A stretch of 64,000 nt of DNA, taken from contig CACYSU010000001.1 in the NCBI GenBank assembly GCA_902777205.1, positions 21,832-85,831 on the forward strand, in the 5' to 3' direction. This document shows positions 9,294-18,063 of the stretch, one piece after another; position 1 is the first letter of the stretch, and every line of letters starts with the position of its first letter. The translations under genes were made by a program, and so were the position numbers. The DNA is from an uncultured Rhodospirillales bacterium (GTDB lineage Bacteria > Pseudomonadota > Alphaproteobacteria > CAAGCB01 > CAG-977). The notes under the pieces were generated by a model. That model did not search any database and was not told the DNA's origin. It saw only the letters and a program-made list of their open reading frames with translations.

Positions 9294-9350
9294 TTCAGAA
9301 ATTACATATTTTTCAAACTCGTCAGCTTCTTTTTTACGTATTTCTTCTTC
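8820..9350. repeat. In-frame tandem duplication (2 x 237 bp) plus a partial third copy at the 5' end of the Mrr-like gene.
   Basis: The anchor string cataatgttttaccatttcagaaattacatattttt occurs at 9041 and 9278, a period of 237 bp (79 codons). A partial copy runs from 9294 to about 9350. Confidence 0.8.
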
Positions 9351-9928
9351 TCTACGTTTTTCTTCTTTACGGTTTTCTGATTCTATACGTATAGACCGTT
9401 TTTCCGCCTCTATATAGCAATCAAATAGAAAAGATTTCGCATAATATTCTCTTCCACTTTCACTAAATTCTTTTTTTTGAAAAATCTTCCAAATATTTCA
9501 AAAAGTTGACGTAATGAAGCTCTCTATATTTTCTATTTAAGATAGGATAGTTTTTCATCATCCGTTCAACCATACGATCTTTTATCGACATTTTTAACAG
9601 CCTCCTTTTCTCTTTTTCCCGTTGAAACCCCTTATAAAAAACTCCGTAGCACTCCTAAATAATGGAAAGGCTTCCCTTTCTTTCCCCCAAGTATGCAAAA
9701 CAGCCCATCCCGCAACAACCAGAGCAGAGAGAGCATCAAAAAAATCTTCCAGTTTCTCAAAAAACAATACCAGAAATGAATCATACTTCCAATTCCCGTA
9801 TCTTATCAAAAATATGCTGGGCTAATTCGTTCCATTTTTGCGAGTGCTGTAAGTCAAGTTTCCTTTTATTATCAAAATCCATAGAAAGCTCTTCTCTTAT
9901 AGATTTCCCTGCACGTTCATAGTCATCT

Positions 9929-10342
9929 TTATATTTCAGTTTTTCTAATATTCTTTCTTGAAGCAAATGATTTTTTTTTAAAAGTTTCTGCAATTTCATT
10001 GATTTCCGTTTCAATTTTTTTTCCAAACAGAACACAGCCTTTTTTAGCCAGATTTTGTATTTCCTGACCAACAATCCAAAAATTCTTTTCAGGATCTGAA
10101 CCATCGCCCATTTCGTCAGCAGGAGTATGTTTAAATGTTTGTGTTTTATAGCCAAGCTTTTTTGTTTCTTCCCAAAAAGCCCACCTTTTTTCGAACAAAG
10201 CCAAATTATGCTGACGATTTTGAATTATTCCCTGCCAAACAGCTATACCGATTGCAATAAAGGCGGCAATCATAGGGCCAAAAGCGGATAAATAATCAAT
10301 CCAATCTTTTGGTTGTTCTATTATAATCGGATAAGCAAACAT
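9929..10342 (-). CDS. Hypothetical membrane protein. Possibly frameshifted into ORF 9781..10155.
   Basis: 137 aa with an N-terminal hydrophobic helix. The run T10AAA at about 9968-9981 separates two frames that read as one continuous coiled-coil-like protein. Confidence 0.45.
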   Translation of the reverse strand: MFAYPIIIEQPKDWIDYLSAFGPMIAAFIAIGIAVWQGIIQNRQHNLALFEKRWAFWEETKKLGYKTQTFKHTPADEMGDGSDPEKNFWIVGQEIQNLAKKGCVLFGKKIETEINEIAETFKKKSFASRKNIRKTEI

Positions 10343-10359
10343 TTTGGAATCCCTAAAAA

Positions 10360-10545
10360 TTATTGCTTATTTTGTCCATTAATTAACGTATTCAATTTAT
10401 CCAAAGTATCAGCAAAATTGTAGGCTTCATCAATTTCTTTCAACCGATTCAAAGAGTTTGTGACCAACAGCATTTTCGCTTCATCACCAATGTCCGTTCT
10501 TTCCAATATCCGCCGTATTTTTGACAGATGAAATTCTTTTATCAA
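10360..10545 (-). CDS. Small hypothetical protein (61 aa).
   Basis: ORF only. Co-oriented with and adjacent to the membrane protein. Confidence 0.25.
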   Translation of the reverse strand: MIKEFHLSKIRRILERTDIGDEAKMLLVTNSLNRLKEIDEAYNFADTLDKLNTLINGQNKQ

Positions 10546-10807
10546 TCCGTGAAAGAAAAAAGTCTCAAATTCATTCCGTTGGCCTTTTATCGCTCAGGAA
10601 TCCCATTAATTATCCTATCCGATTTATCTAAGGTTGCAACGAAAATAATGCCTTTTATTCCTCCTTTCGCCGTTCGTTCAGCATCGAAACCATTGTCGAA
10701 AACACTGGAAAGCTATCGGATATTCACTTTATCTGGTTGAAAAAAAGAAAACTGTAAAAAAACGAAATGAAACGGATTGCACTGACTCAGCTGGAAGAAT
10801 AGAAATC

Positions 10808-11744
10808 TTACTTTACCACCCACTTGCCGCCTTTGAGAGAACCGACGCGCTCAATGATGCCTTCGTCTTTCATCTTTTTCAGCTGCCATTTAATGCCGCT
10901 TTCGGAAATACCGACGATTTCCGCCAGTTCCTGACGGCTGATCTGCGGATTCTTCCTGATTGCGTCCAAGATTTTTTGGGTAGTTTTTTCCCTAGTTTTT
11001 TCCCTGTTTTTCTTTCCGGCTTTATCGTCCGCTTCGGCAAACGGCTTGTTATAGCGGAACGTTACGCGGAAGAAAGTGTCCGAAATCTCGAACACGTCCG
11101 GCGCGTAAGCGTTCAAAATCCGCCGCACGCCCGACCCAAGACGCTCGACCAGTTCCATATCCTGAAAAATTCTCATCAATTCGGGATTGCGCGGACACGA
11201 CTTGCCGTTGAAAAAGTCTTCTTTCGTCATTCCCCACGGCAAGCCGCCCGTTGACGTGATCTCTATTCTGTCCGAAAATATTTCGAACTTCGGCGGATTG
11301 TTGTATGAATAATCGTTATGCAGTATCGCGTTAATGACCGCTTCTCTTAATGCTTGCGGATCGACCATCGGGCGTTCTTCGCGCTTGGTTGCCGTTACGC
11401 GAGCGTAAATCCTGTTTTCAACGAAAAACTTGTCCAAGACCTGTTCGGTCGCCTTGATTAAAGAGCAATATCCGAAGTTCTTATTTTCCGTCAAAACGTC
11501 CCGATCCGTTCAGACGTTCGCCGGCGATGTCAAACAAGCCCATAACGGACGGACGAATCCCCGTTATCAGGCGGTCTTTGATTTCCAGTTGAAGCGCGTC
11601 GCACTTGTCAACGCCGACGGGATTCCCGTTCTTGTCAATGCCGATATAGATCGTTCCGCCGTGCGCGTTCAGAAACGCCACCGCTTCTTTTTCCAAAGCG
11701 GCAGTCAGTTTTTCTTTGTATTCCGTGCGTTCGTTTTCAACCAT
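10808..11744 (-). pseudogene. AlbA_2 (Schlafen-like divergent AAA) + HATPase_c_4 + C-terminal wHTH protein (RecG-C-like 'putative transcriptional regulator'), disrupted by a frameshift near 11481-11494.
   Basis: ORF 11481..11744 encodes the AlbA_2 N-domain. ORF 10808..11494 encodes the ATPase-like and wHTH part (QELAEIVGISESGIKWQLKKM). The two overlap by 14 nt in different frames. Confidence 0.5.
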
Positions 11745-12184
11745 AAAGCACCCCTTTTCCTATTTATAAAAGATAACGCCGCCATTCTCAAACAAGAAAT
11801 TTTTTTGCCGTTTTTGTGCCACAAAAAGGCTATCCTGCAAAAAAAGTCGGATATCTGTTTTTCAAACATTTAGGCGGCGGGGAAGTCTTTGATATTTCAG
11901 AGGGGCTTTCCTTTGCAGGATACGCGATTTGTCGGACAAAATCGCACGTGGAATCCCGCCTTACGCCTCTTTGCCCTGCCGGTTTTGTCCCGACCCGGTA
12001 AAGTCCGTCCCTTTCAATCCGACAATCTGCAAATTAAATCCGTTTATTTTCAATAAGATATAAACCATTTTCGCGCTTTTACGGCGGAAATTGCACGTTT
12101 GCAAAATTGCCAAGCGGTCGGCGTCGGTCTTTTCTGGAAGAGTTCCGTCAAAAGGCGGTCATTTTTACGAAAGGACACCAAACT

Positions 12185-12403
12185 ATGAAAACATATTTAA
12201 CACGCAAGGAAGCTTCCTCTTACCTGATGGAAAAGGGATTGAACCGGACGTCGGCGACGTTGGCGAAATACGCGACGATCGGCGGCGGTCCGAAGTTCCG
12301 CAAGTTCGGCAAAACGCAAGTCGTTTACGATGTCGCGGACTTGGACGCTTGGGTGGCGGGACAGCTTTCCGCGCCCGTTCATTCGACTTCGGAACAGAGG
12401 TGA
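12185..12403 (+). CDS. AlpA-family HTH regulator/excisionase (second copy).
   Basis: ATG 12185 is preceded by AAAGGA. MKTYLTRKEASSYLMEKGLNRTSATLAKYATIGGGPKFRKFGKTQVVYDVADLDAWV. Confidence 0.7.
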   Translation: MKTYLTRKEASSYLMEKGLNRTSATLAKYATIGGGPKFRKFGKTQVVYDVADLDAWVAGQLSAPVHSTSEQR

Positions 12404-12408
12404 ACGGT

Positions 12409-12720
12409 ATGGCAAAAGTGAAGATTGCTTTACGATTGCCGCCCGAACACAAAGCGATGCTCGACAGGTTTGACAACCCGTCGGGCGTCGCCCGCAGATT
12501 TATCGCGGCGGGGTTGGCGAAAGCGAACGCTCCGGGAACGAAAGAAATCGAAAAGCTGACGGAAATCCGCGAGGAACTGCGTCGGATCGGCGTCAATCTG
12601 AATCAGATCGCCCGCGCGTTGAACGGCGGCGCGGAAGCGAAAAACATCAAAGAACACTTGGAACGCCTTGCGCTTTTGCGGGAAAGGATTCTCCGCCTGT
12701 TGAGGTATTACTATGGTTAA
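12409..12720 (+). CDS. mobC: MobC-family mobilization (relaxosome accessory) protein.
   Basis: Contains the conserved R-I-G-V-N-L-N-Q-I-A-R motif. ATG 12409 is preceded by GAGGTGA. Confidence 0.8.
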   Translation: MAKVKIALRLPPEHKAMLDRFDNPSGVARRFIAAGLAKANAPGTKEIEKLTEIREELRRIGVNLNQIARALNGGAEAKNIKEHLERLALLRERILRLLRYYYG

Positions 12721-13456
12721 ACGCAAACACGATTGGCTTGACGAGCATATCCGCGGCATCCGGCGGGAGCGTCCAGGACTGCCCTTTCATTACGAGCCTT
12801 TACAAAAGCACTTTATCAGCCTGTCCCGTTCCCGTCCGTTTGAAGCGGTGTTCAAGATAGTCGGTTACGCCAAAAGCGTCGGCACGGTTTGCGCTATGGC
12901 GGAATACGTCGCGGAAAAGTCGAAAGGCTTGGAAGAAAAGCTGACCTTGACGGACGAAACGGAAACGCGTCTGACGGCGCAGGAGTTCAAAGAACGGCTG
13001 ATCGAAGAACCGGAAAGCGGACGCAAAAACGGGCGGTGCGCCGTTCATTTTATCGTGTCTTTCCCGAACGGGTGCGGTATGGCCTCGGAGGATTTGGAAG
13101 CGTTTGCGACCGAATATATGCGGCCGTTCGCCGAAAACGGATATTCGTATGTGTTCGCCGCGCACCGTCATCAACGGCACAAACACATCCACTTTATTTT
13201 GAAACTGAACAACGGCTTGAAACGGTTGGAGTTCAATCGGCGGGAAATCGAGCAAATGCGCTTGCGCCAGTCCGAAATCGCCAGACAGTTCGGCGTCGAA
13301 TTGCAGGCGACGCGGTTCCGGGACAGGGACTTTTCTCTGACGCAAGTCGTCATTCCCCGCAAACACAAAACGCTTGAACAGCTGAAACGATCCCGCGCCG
13401 CCGCCGCCCGTCCCAAGCCCGCAGAACATTCAAAAGAAAGAGGTATCGAACGATGA
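12713..13456 (+). CDS. Relaxase/mobilization nuclease domain protein (MOBQ/MOBP-like), short at 247 aa.
   Basis: Histidine triad H-R-H-Q-R-H-K-H-I-H-F-I-L. Start overlaps the mobC stop (ATGGTTAA). Confidence 0.75.
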   Translation: MVKRKHDWLDEHIRGIRRERPGLPFHYEPLQKHFISLSRSRPFEAVFKIVGYAKSVGTVCAMAEYVAEKSKGLEEKLTLTDETETRLTAQEFKERLIEEPESGRKNGRCAVHFIVSFPNGCGMASEDLEAFATEYMRPFAENGYSYVFAAHRHQRHKHIHFILKLNNGLKRLEFNRREIEQMRLRQSEIARQFGVELQATRFRDRDFSLTQVVIPRKHKTLEQLKRSRAAAARPKPAEHSKERGIER

Positions 13457-13463
13457 CATTTTT

Positions 13464-15074
13464 TTATTGTTGTTCAATAGAAATCGCTGCATATCCCCAT
13501 TCCATTCTTTTTTTGTTAAAACTTGGAATACGGATTCCAGAAACAGCCTGATTGTCTATAAGATGAGCTTCCGCTATTAGTTTTTGAGAAATATAAACGT
13601 CTTCGACAAAACCGAACGAAGCATTTTCGGGGATCATTAAAACACCCGAAAATGAGTGTTTTAAAGAAGATGCTTCATTCGTTTCTTTAACGGAAACTGT
13701 TTCTTCTTTTCCAATGCCATACTCAATGGTCTTGGTTTCAACGACGGAATAAATCGCCGGCGGATTAAGCTTCGAAAAGGGTATCACGGCATCATTGAGA
13801 TTCTCAAAAAGTATATGAAAAACTTTCTTTTCATAATTGACGTGATCGACAATTCCTTTCTTCGTTTTTGCCAAATCCCATTCTGCTCCATCTCTTTTGC
13901 GGATATCAAGAATATGGAATTTGTCCTTTTCCATTTTTCCTTTTACCCAAACGGGCGTTCCGTTCGGGAAATTTTCTTTTACTGATTTAAACACTCCGGA
14001 CAAGACGATTCTATTGTCGGCAAGTTGAATAAAAACTTTTCTTTTTTGAGGTTTCTTATTAAAGAAGTCTCCGATAATGCCGGAATAATCGGGCAAATTT
14101 TCTGTTAGCAATTTGCTTGCCTGTAAAGAGTTTTCCCGATAAAAAGCATCATTTACCTGAAGCGGCGTTACAGAATCTTCACGACTTTTATGCCAAGCGT
14201 TATCAAGCGGCTTAAGAGACCAACCGTTATCTTCTATTAGTTTTTTCATTGATTGAAAAATACTTTTAGCTCTGCCCAAATCGTTTTTTTCTTCCAACAT
14301 CTGCGCAATGCTCAGGTAGATTTTATACTTAAAGTTATCATCTTCCGGACACAGAACGGCTTTACAAAGGCAGGAAAATTTCAGTTCGTCGTCCGTTATG
14401 CAATCCGCCAAAAGTTTCCACGCCCAAGAACAATTACTCTTTTCCAACAAAAACTCTTTTGCTGTCTCTGCCGCTTCTTCTTTTTTTCCAACGGAAAGCA
14501 ATAGTTCAACGTTATCTTTTAAAAGAAACTCGTTTTCAGGACACTTTTTACTCGCAAGGTCAATATAAGGAAGAATCCAATTAACGGCATTTTCCGTATT
14601 TCTAAGATCACCCCTTAAAATATCCTTCACGGCATAACGGATGCTTTTTTCCGCCAGAGACGGATATTCATTCTTGCCATCCTTGCTTTTTCCTTTTACC
14701 CAATCATCATCTTTTAGTTCGTCCAGATTCCACAAATAAAGAAAATGGATCAAACGAAAATCGTTTTCTATAAGAAAATCTTTTAAATCGAGTTGTTCCC
14801 ATAAATGGACAACTTGAAACAAAAAAAGGTGATGAACCTGGGAAACCTTTTTCTTTTTCCTGAAAAAATAAGCGTATTCATTAACGCATTTTTTAACACC
14901 GGAATAATTTTCTTCCTGAATGTGTTTTTTTAACAACTTATATAAAGTCCACGCGTAAGAAACAAGGCTTTCTTCGTTTCCCTGTTCGGCCAGGCTTTTA
15001 TATATTTCACGCGCTTCTTCCAACAAACCTTTATCGGATAATTCCTTTGCTTTTAAATAAAGATCGGTATCCAT
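13464..15074 (-). CDS. Hypothetical TPR-like repeat protein with two C-terminal cold-shock-like OB-fold modules. Partner of the helicase.
   Basis: 536 aa from ATG 15074. RBS AGGAA sits 7 nt upstream. The start is one nt after the helicase TGA (TGAtATG). An alternative TTG at 15101 is possible. The N-terminal half is alpha-helical and repeat-like. The C-terminal half has two ...FGFVEDVYIS... / ...HVNYEKKVFHILF... CSD-like segments. Confidence 0.65.
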   Translation of the reverse strand: MDTDLYLKAKELSDKGLLEEAREIYKSLAEQGNEESLVSYAWTLYKLLKKHIQEENYSGVKKCVNEYAYFFRKKKKVSQVHHLFLFQVVHLWEQLDLKDFLIENDFRLIHFLYLWNLDELKDDDWVKGKSKDGKNEYPSLAEKSIRYAVKDILRGDLRNTENAVNWILPYIDLASKKCPENEFLLKDNVELLLSVGKKEEAAETAKEFLLEKSNCSWAWKLLADCITDDELKFSCLCKAVLCPEDDNFKYKIYLSIAQMLEEKNDLGRAKSIFQSMKKLIEDNGWSLKPLDNAWHKSREDSVTPLQVNDAFYRENSLQASKLLTENLPDYSGIIGDFFNKKPQKRKVFIQLADNRIVLSGVFKSVKENFPNGTPVWVKGKMEKDKFHILDIRKRDGAEWDLAKTKKGIVDHVNYEKKVFHILFENLNDAVIPFSKLNPPAIYSVVETKTIEYGIGKEETVSVKETNEASSLKHSFSGVLMIPENASFGFVEDVYISQKLIAEAHLIDNQAVSGIRIPSFNKKRMEWGYAAISIEQQ

Positions 15075-15075
15075 A

Positions 15076-17865
15076 TCAGCATTCCTGTAGATGTTGGGCA
15101 ATAAGACAAGCTAAGTCGTTAGCTTCCGTCTCAGATGAAGAAAATTTTTTCACGACTTTCGGTGCAGCAAGGAAGTCCTGTGTTGATCCTCTATACGAAA
15201 AATCAAGAACGGAGATCCGATCGTTTTTAAAGAACGTATAACGAAGCGTAAAAGGGATTTCTTGCAAAGAAATAACCTTATAGCCTTGTTCTTCTGCGAT
15301 TTTTGATATTCTGGCATCAAAATTCCGCTTGAAATCATCTGTCGGCAATGCCCTGTCAATCGTAACTTTCCCAATAAAACATCCATACAAACCGTTAATT
15401 TTTTCTGAAATTTTTTCGGAAAGAGTGTTCCTGTTTTTTGGAGAAATCTTCGTTATGAAATAGCTTCCGTTATAGTAGATGTCGAATATTGAATTTTCTG
15501 CTCCGCTACCAAAAACATATTCTTCCATATAGGCGTTCGATTTTGTTGAAATGATTTTGATATCCGTGCCGTCAAGAGCGGACAGAACAAATCTGTTGAT
15601 TTTCGCTATCGGCGTTTCTTCCATATCCGAAACGTTTTTTTGCGTATTGGTTTTATCGTATTTGTTTTGCACCGTCATTTCTTTTCTTCCAAAATCAACG
15701 GGGGCTTTGATTTCACTTCCTATATCCCTATTTCTGAAATTTAAAAGATACAGTTTCCGTTTGCAACGCGTTACCGCCGTATAAAGCTCATGGAAGTATT
15801 CCGTTTTATTTCTATTTTGAGCGAGCACATCCGCAATGACGTAATCCCATTCACTTCCCTGTGCTTTATAACAGGTGATCGCGTATCCGAATTTAACGCA
15901 AAGGGCATTAAAGAACGGATCCGTTTTCAGCCTGTTTTTAAATTCTTCCGAATTCGCTTTGATACCAATATCTCCCATTCTTATCTTAAAATTTATATAC
16001 TGGGATTTTTTTTCATCGGAAGATAAATCCACATGGTTGCTGTAAAGAAGATTTTCAATGATATAAACATCCCGCATGTTAAACAGCTTGTCGTCAACAT
16101 CTTTAAACTGTAAATCAACTTTTCTATATATGATCGTTACCCATTTCGTTTCATTTGTATTTTCGTTTTTAGTGGATATACGAGCTTTTTGTTCGATACG
16201 TTCTTTAACGTTCGTAACAACCCCGTAATCTCCGTTATAAACGGTATAGCCTCCGATAAACGCCGTTTTTGTGATTATCAGCTTGTCCCCTTTCTGCAAT
16301 TCGGTCTTTTCGGTCGTTTCGGTTTTGTGAAGCGGTGCGTCCGGAAACAGGATTTTCCTGACGGATTGATTCAAATCGGCAATTCTTGCGTTTTCCCAGG
16401 CAATAACCATACAGTTCTTTAAAGACCTTACGGATCCGTCATATATTTCTTTAAAACTGTTTTCAAAATCCGTTGAAATTCGGATATCCGATGAATCAGG
16501 ATCGACATGCAGTTTATAAAAATTACCGTTTTCAATACTATCCCGTATTTGTGTTGCGAATTTTAATATATCGCCGTCTTTCTGACGAACGATATCTGTC
16601 ATCAGAAATTCCGAAGCTGAAGCTCCGTGAATGCAGTTTTTCAGATACTCTGCCGACAAAGCTGGGGAAAAACCTTTTTTATCGTCCGACGCCACCGGCG
16701 GTAATTGAGCGGGATCGCCAATAAAAATTATTTTTTTATCATGATCGTTGTTATCCAAATTCACATATTCCAAAAAGTCGGATAGAAGTTTCCCTGTTCC
16801 GAATTTAATAAATTCGGCTTCGCTGTTACTATCGGATACCATTGACGCTTCATCAACGATATACACCGTATTGGCGGGATTATCGTTGACTTTAAGTTCT
16901 GCATAAAAGCGGTATGTTTCCGAATATTCGACACCTTCCGTCTTATATTCTTTCATCCCGCTGATATTGTAAATTAGGCTGTGAAGTGTTCCGGCGCTTG
17001 CCCCCGCTTTTTGCGCAAGCACCTGAGAGGCTTTTCCCGTCGGAGCCGCCAATTTATAACAACGTCCTTTATTAGCCAGGAACTCGACCAATCCTTTGAC
17101 AATAAAAGTTTTACCTGTTCCCGCATATCCTTTTAACAGGAAAATATGTTCTTGAGGATTGCGAAGAAAATCCGCTATTTTCCGTAAAGCCTCCGATTGG
17201 CTTGGCGACAGGGTGTAATTATCAAAATACACTTCCAAAGAATCATTTTCATCTAAGATCCTTTCAGAAACCGAATTGTCTATTTTGATTTCGGCACATA
17301 CTTCTGAAGATTTTTGTGAAAATCTTTTCTGTTCCTGTTTATCCTCCGCCGTTTCCTGATTGTCCGGAATCTCAAATTGAGAGATTTCTTCTATGTTTTT
17401 CTTTTCTTCTTCCGATTGATCAGATTTCGGACATTCTTCTTCTTTCAACGGAGGAATAAAATCCATTTCGGCGTCTTTTCCCGTTTTAACCTTGTAATAC
17501 CAAACGGAAATATCATAGACATTCTTCAACGTTTCGATTTGTTCTTCATCTGTCAGAGGTTTATCTCCGATCTTCGGATGAACTATCTTGTTGACGATCA
17601 AGCGCACCGAATGAAATTTCGGTAAAATATCATATCCGACCAAACGCATAAATTTTAAATTCTTGAGCCGTTCGTGCAAGGTTGCCGCTTTTTTTGTCGG
17701 TATGCAAAACTCTGTATAAATCATTCTGACGAGAGTTTCGATAAATCCGCGCATTTTTATCATCGCGCGTTCAGGATTTGAAAAAATATTTTTTTCAGCC
17801 AATGCTGTAAATTCGTATAAATTGGGGAAAGATTCACTTAAAAATTCAAAATTCTTGGACATCAC
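15076..17865 (-). CDS. DUF4145-like N-domain + SF1 RecD/TraA-family helicase (AAA_30/UvrD_C_2) + unknown C-terminal domain of about 230 aa.
   Basis: 929 aa. Walker A is GYAGTGKT. Motif Ia is LAAPTGKAS. Walker B is VYIVDEASM. Motif III is IIFIGDPAQLPPV. Motif V is YAITCYKAQGSEW. Motif VI is YTAVTRCKRKLYL. The N-terminal 115 aa ends in R-L-I-V-N-K-I-V-H, which is DUF4145-like. Confidence 0.85.
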   Translation of the reverse strand: MMSKNFEFLSESFPNLYEFTALAEKNIFSNPERAMIKMRGFIETLVRMIYTEFCIPTKKAATLHERLKNLKFMRLVGYDILPKFHSVRLIVNKIVHPKIGDKPLTDEEQIETLKNVYDISVWYYKVKTGKDAEMDFIPPLKEEECPKSDQSEEEKKNIEEISQFEIPDNQETAEDKQEQKRFSQKSSEVCAEIKIDNSVSERILDENDSLEVYFDNYTLSPSQSEALRKIADFLRNPQEHIFLLKGYAGTGKTFIVKGLVEFLANKGRCYKLAAPTGKASQVLAQKAGASAGTLHSLIYNISGMKEYKTEGVEYSETYRFYAELKVNDNPANTVYIVDEASMVSDSNSEAEFIKFGTGKLLSDFLEYVNLDNNDHDKKIIFIGDPAQLPPVASDDKKGFSPALSAEYLKNCIHGASASEFLMTDIVRQKDGDILKFATQIRDSIENGNFYKLHVDPDSSDIRISTDFENSFKEIYDGSVRSLKNCMVIAWENARIADLNQSVRKILFPDAPLHKTETTEKTELQKGDKLIITKTAFIGGYTVYNGDYGVVTNVKERIEQKARISTKNENTNETKWVTIIYRKVDLQFKDVDDKLFNMRDVYIIENLLYSNHVDLSSDEKKSQYINFKIRMGDIGIKANSEEFKNRLKTDPFFNALCVKFGYAITCYKAQGSEWDYVIADVLAQNRNKTEYFHELYTAVTRCKRKLYLLNFRNRDIGSEIKAPVDFGRKEMTVQNKYDKTNTQKNVSDMEETPIAKINRFVLSALDGTDIKIISTKSNAYMEEYVFGSGAENSIFDIYYNGSYFITKISPKNRNTLSEKISEKINGLYGCFIGKVTIDRALPTDDFKRNFDARISKIAEEQGYKVISLQEIPFTLRYTFFKNDRISVLDFSYRGSTQDFLAAPKVVKKFSSSETEANDLACLIAQHLQEC

Positions 17866-18063
17866 AAAACCTGTGCTTACGATGTGGAAACACTATCAGT
17901 GTAAAGCTTTTTATCCATAAAACAAGGATAATATCGCTTGTGATATAAAAAGTGGCTCTATCGAATATTTTATCAAGCACTTTCCCGAATAACTGATAAA
18001 ATACATAACTTTTTAGTAATTTAGAGGGCTTCTGTTTTGAAAAAAAGAAGCCCTCTAATTGCC

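Noticed and set aside
8820-9350. Repetitive DNA that could be mistaken for a CRISPR-like array.
   Set aside because: The repeats are 237 bp long and lie in frame inside a coding sequence (a protein-domain duplication). They are not short repeats separated by unique spacers, and there are no cas genes.
15150-17625. Several 60-90-aa ORFs (15150..15386, 15551..15784, 15790..16026, 16189..16422, 16473..16724, 17377..17625) inside the helicase gene.
   Set aside because: They are fully embedded in, or antisense to, a 929-aa ORF that carries a complete and ordered helicase motif set. They are AT-rich frame noise.
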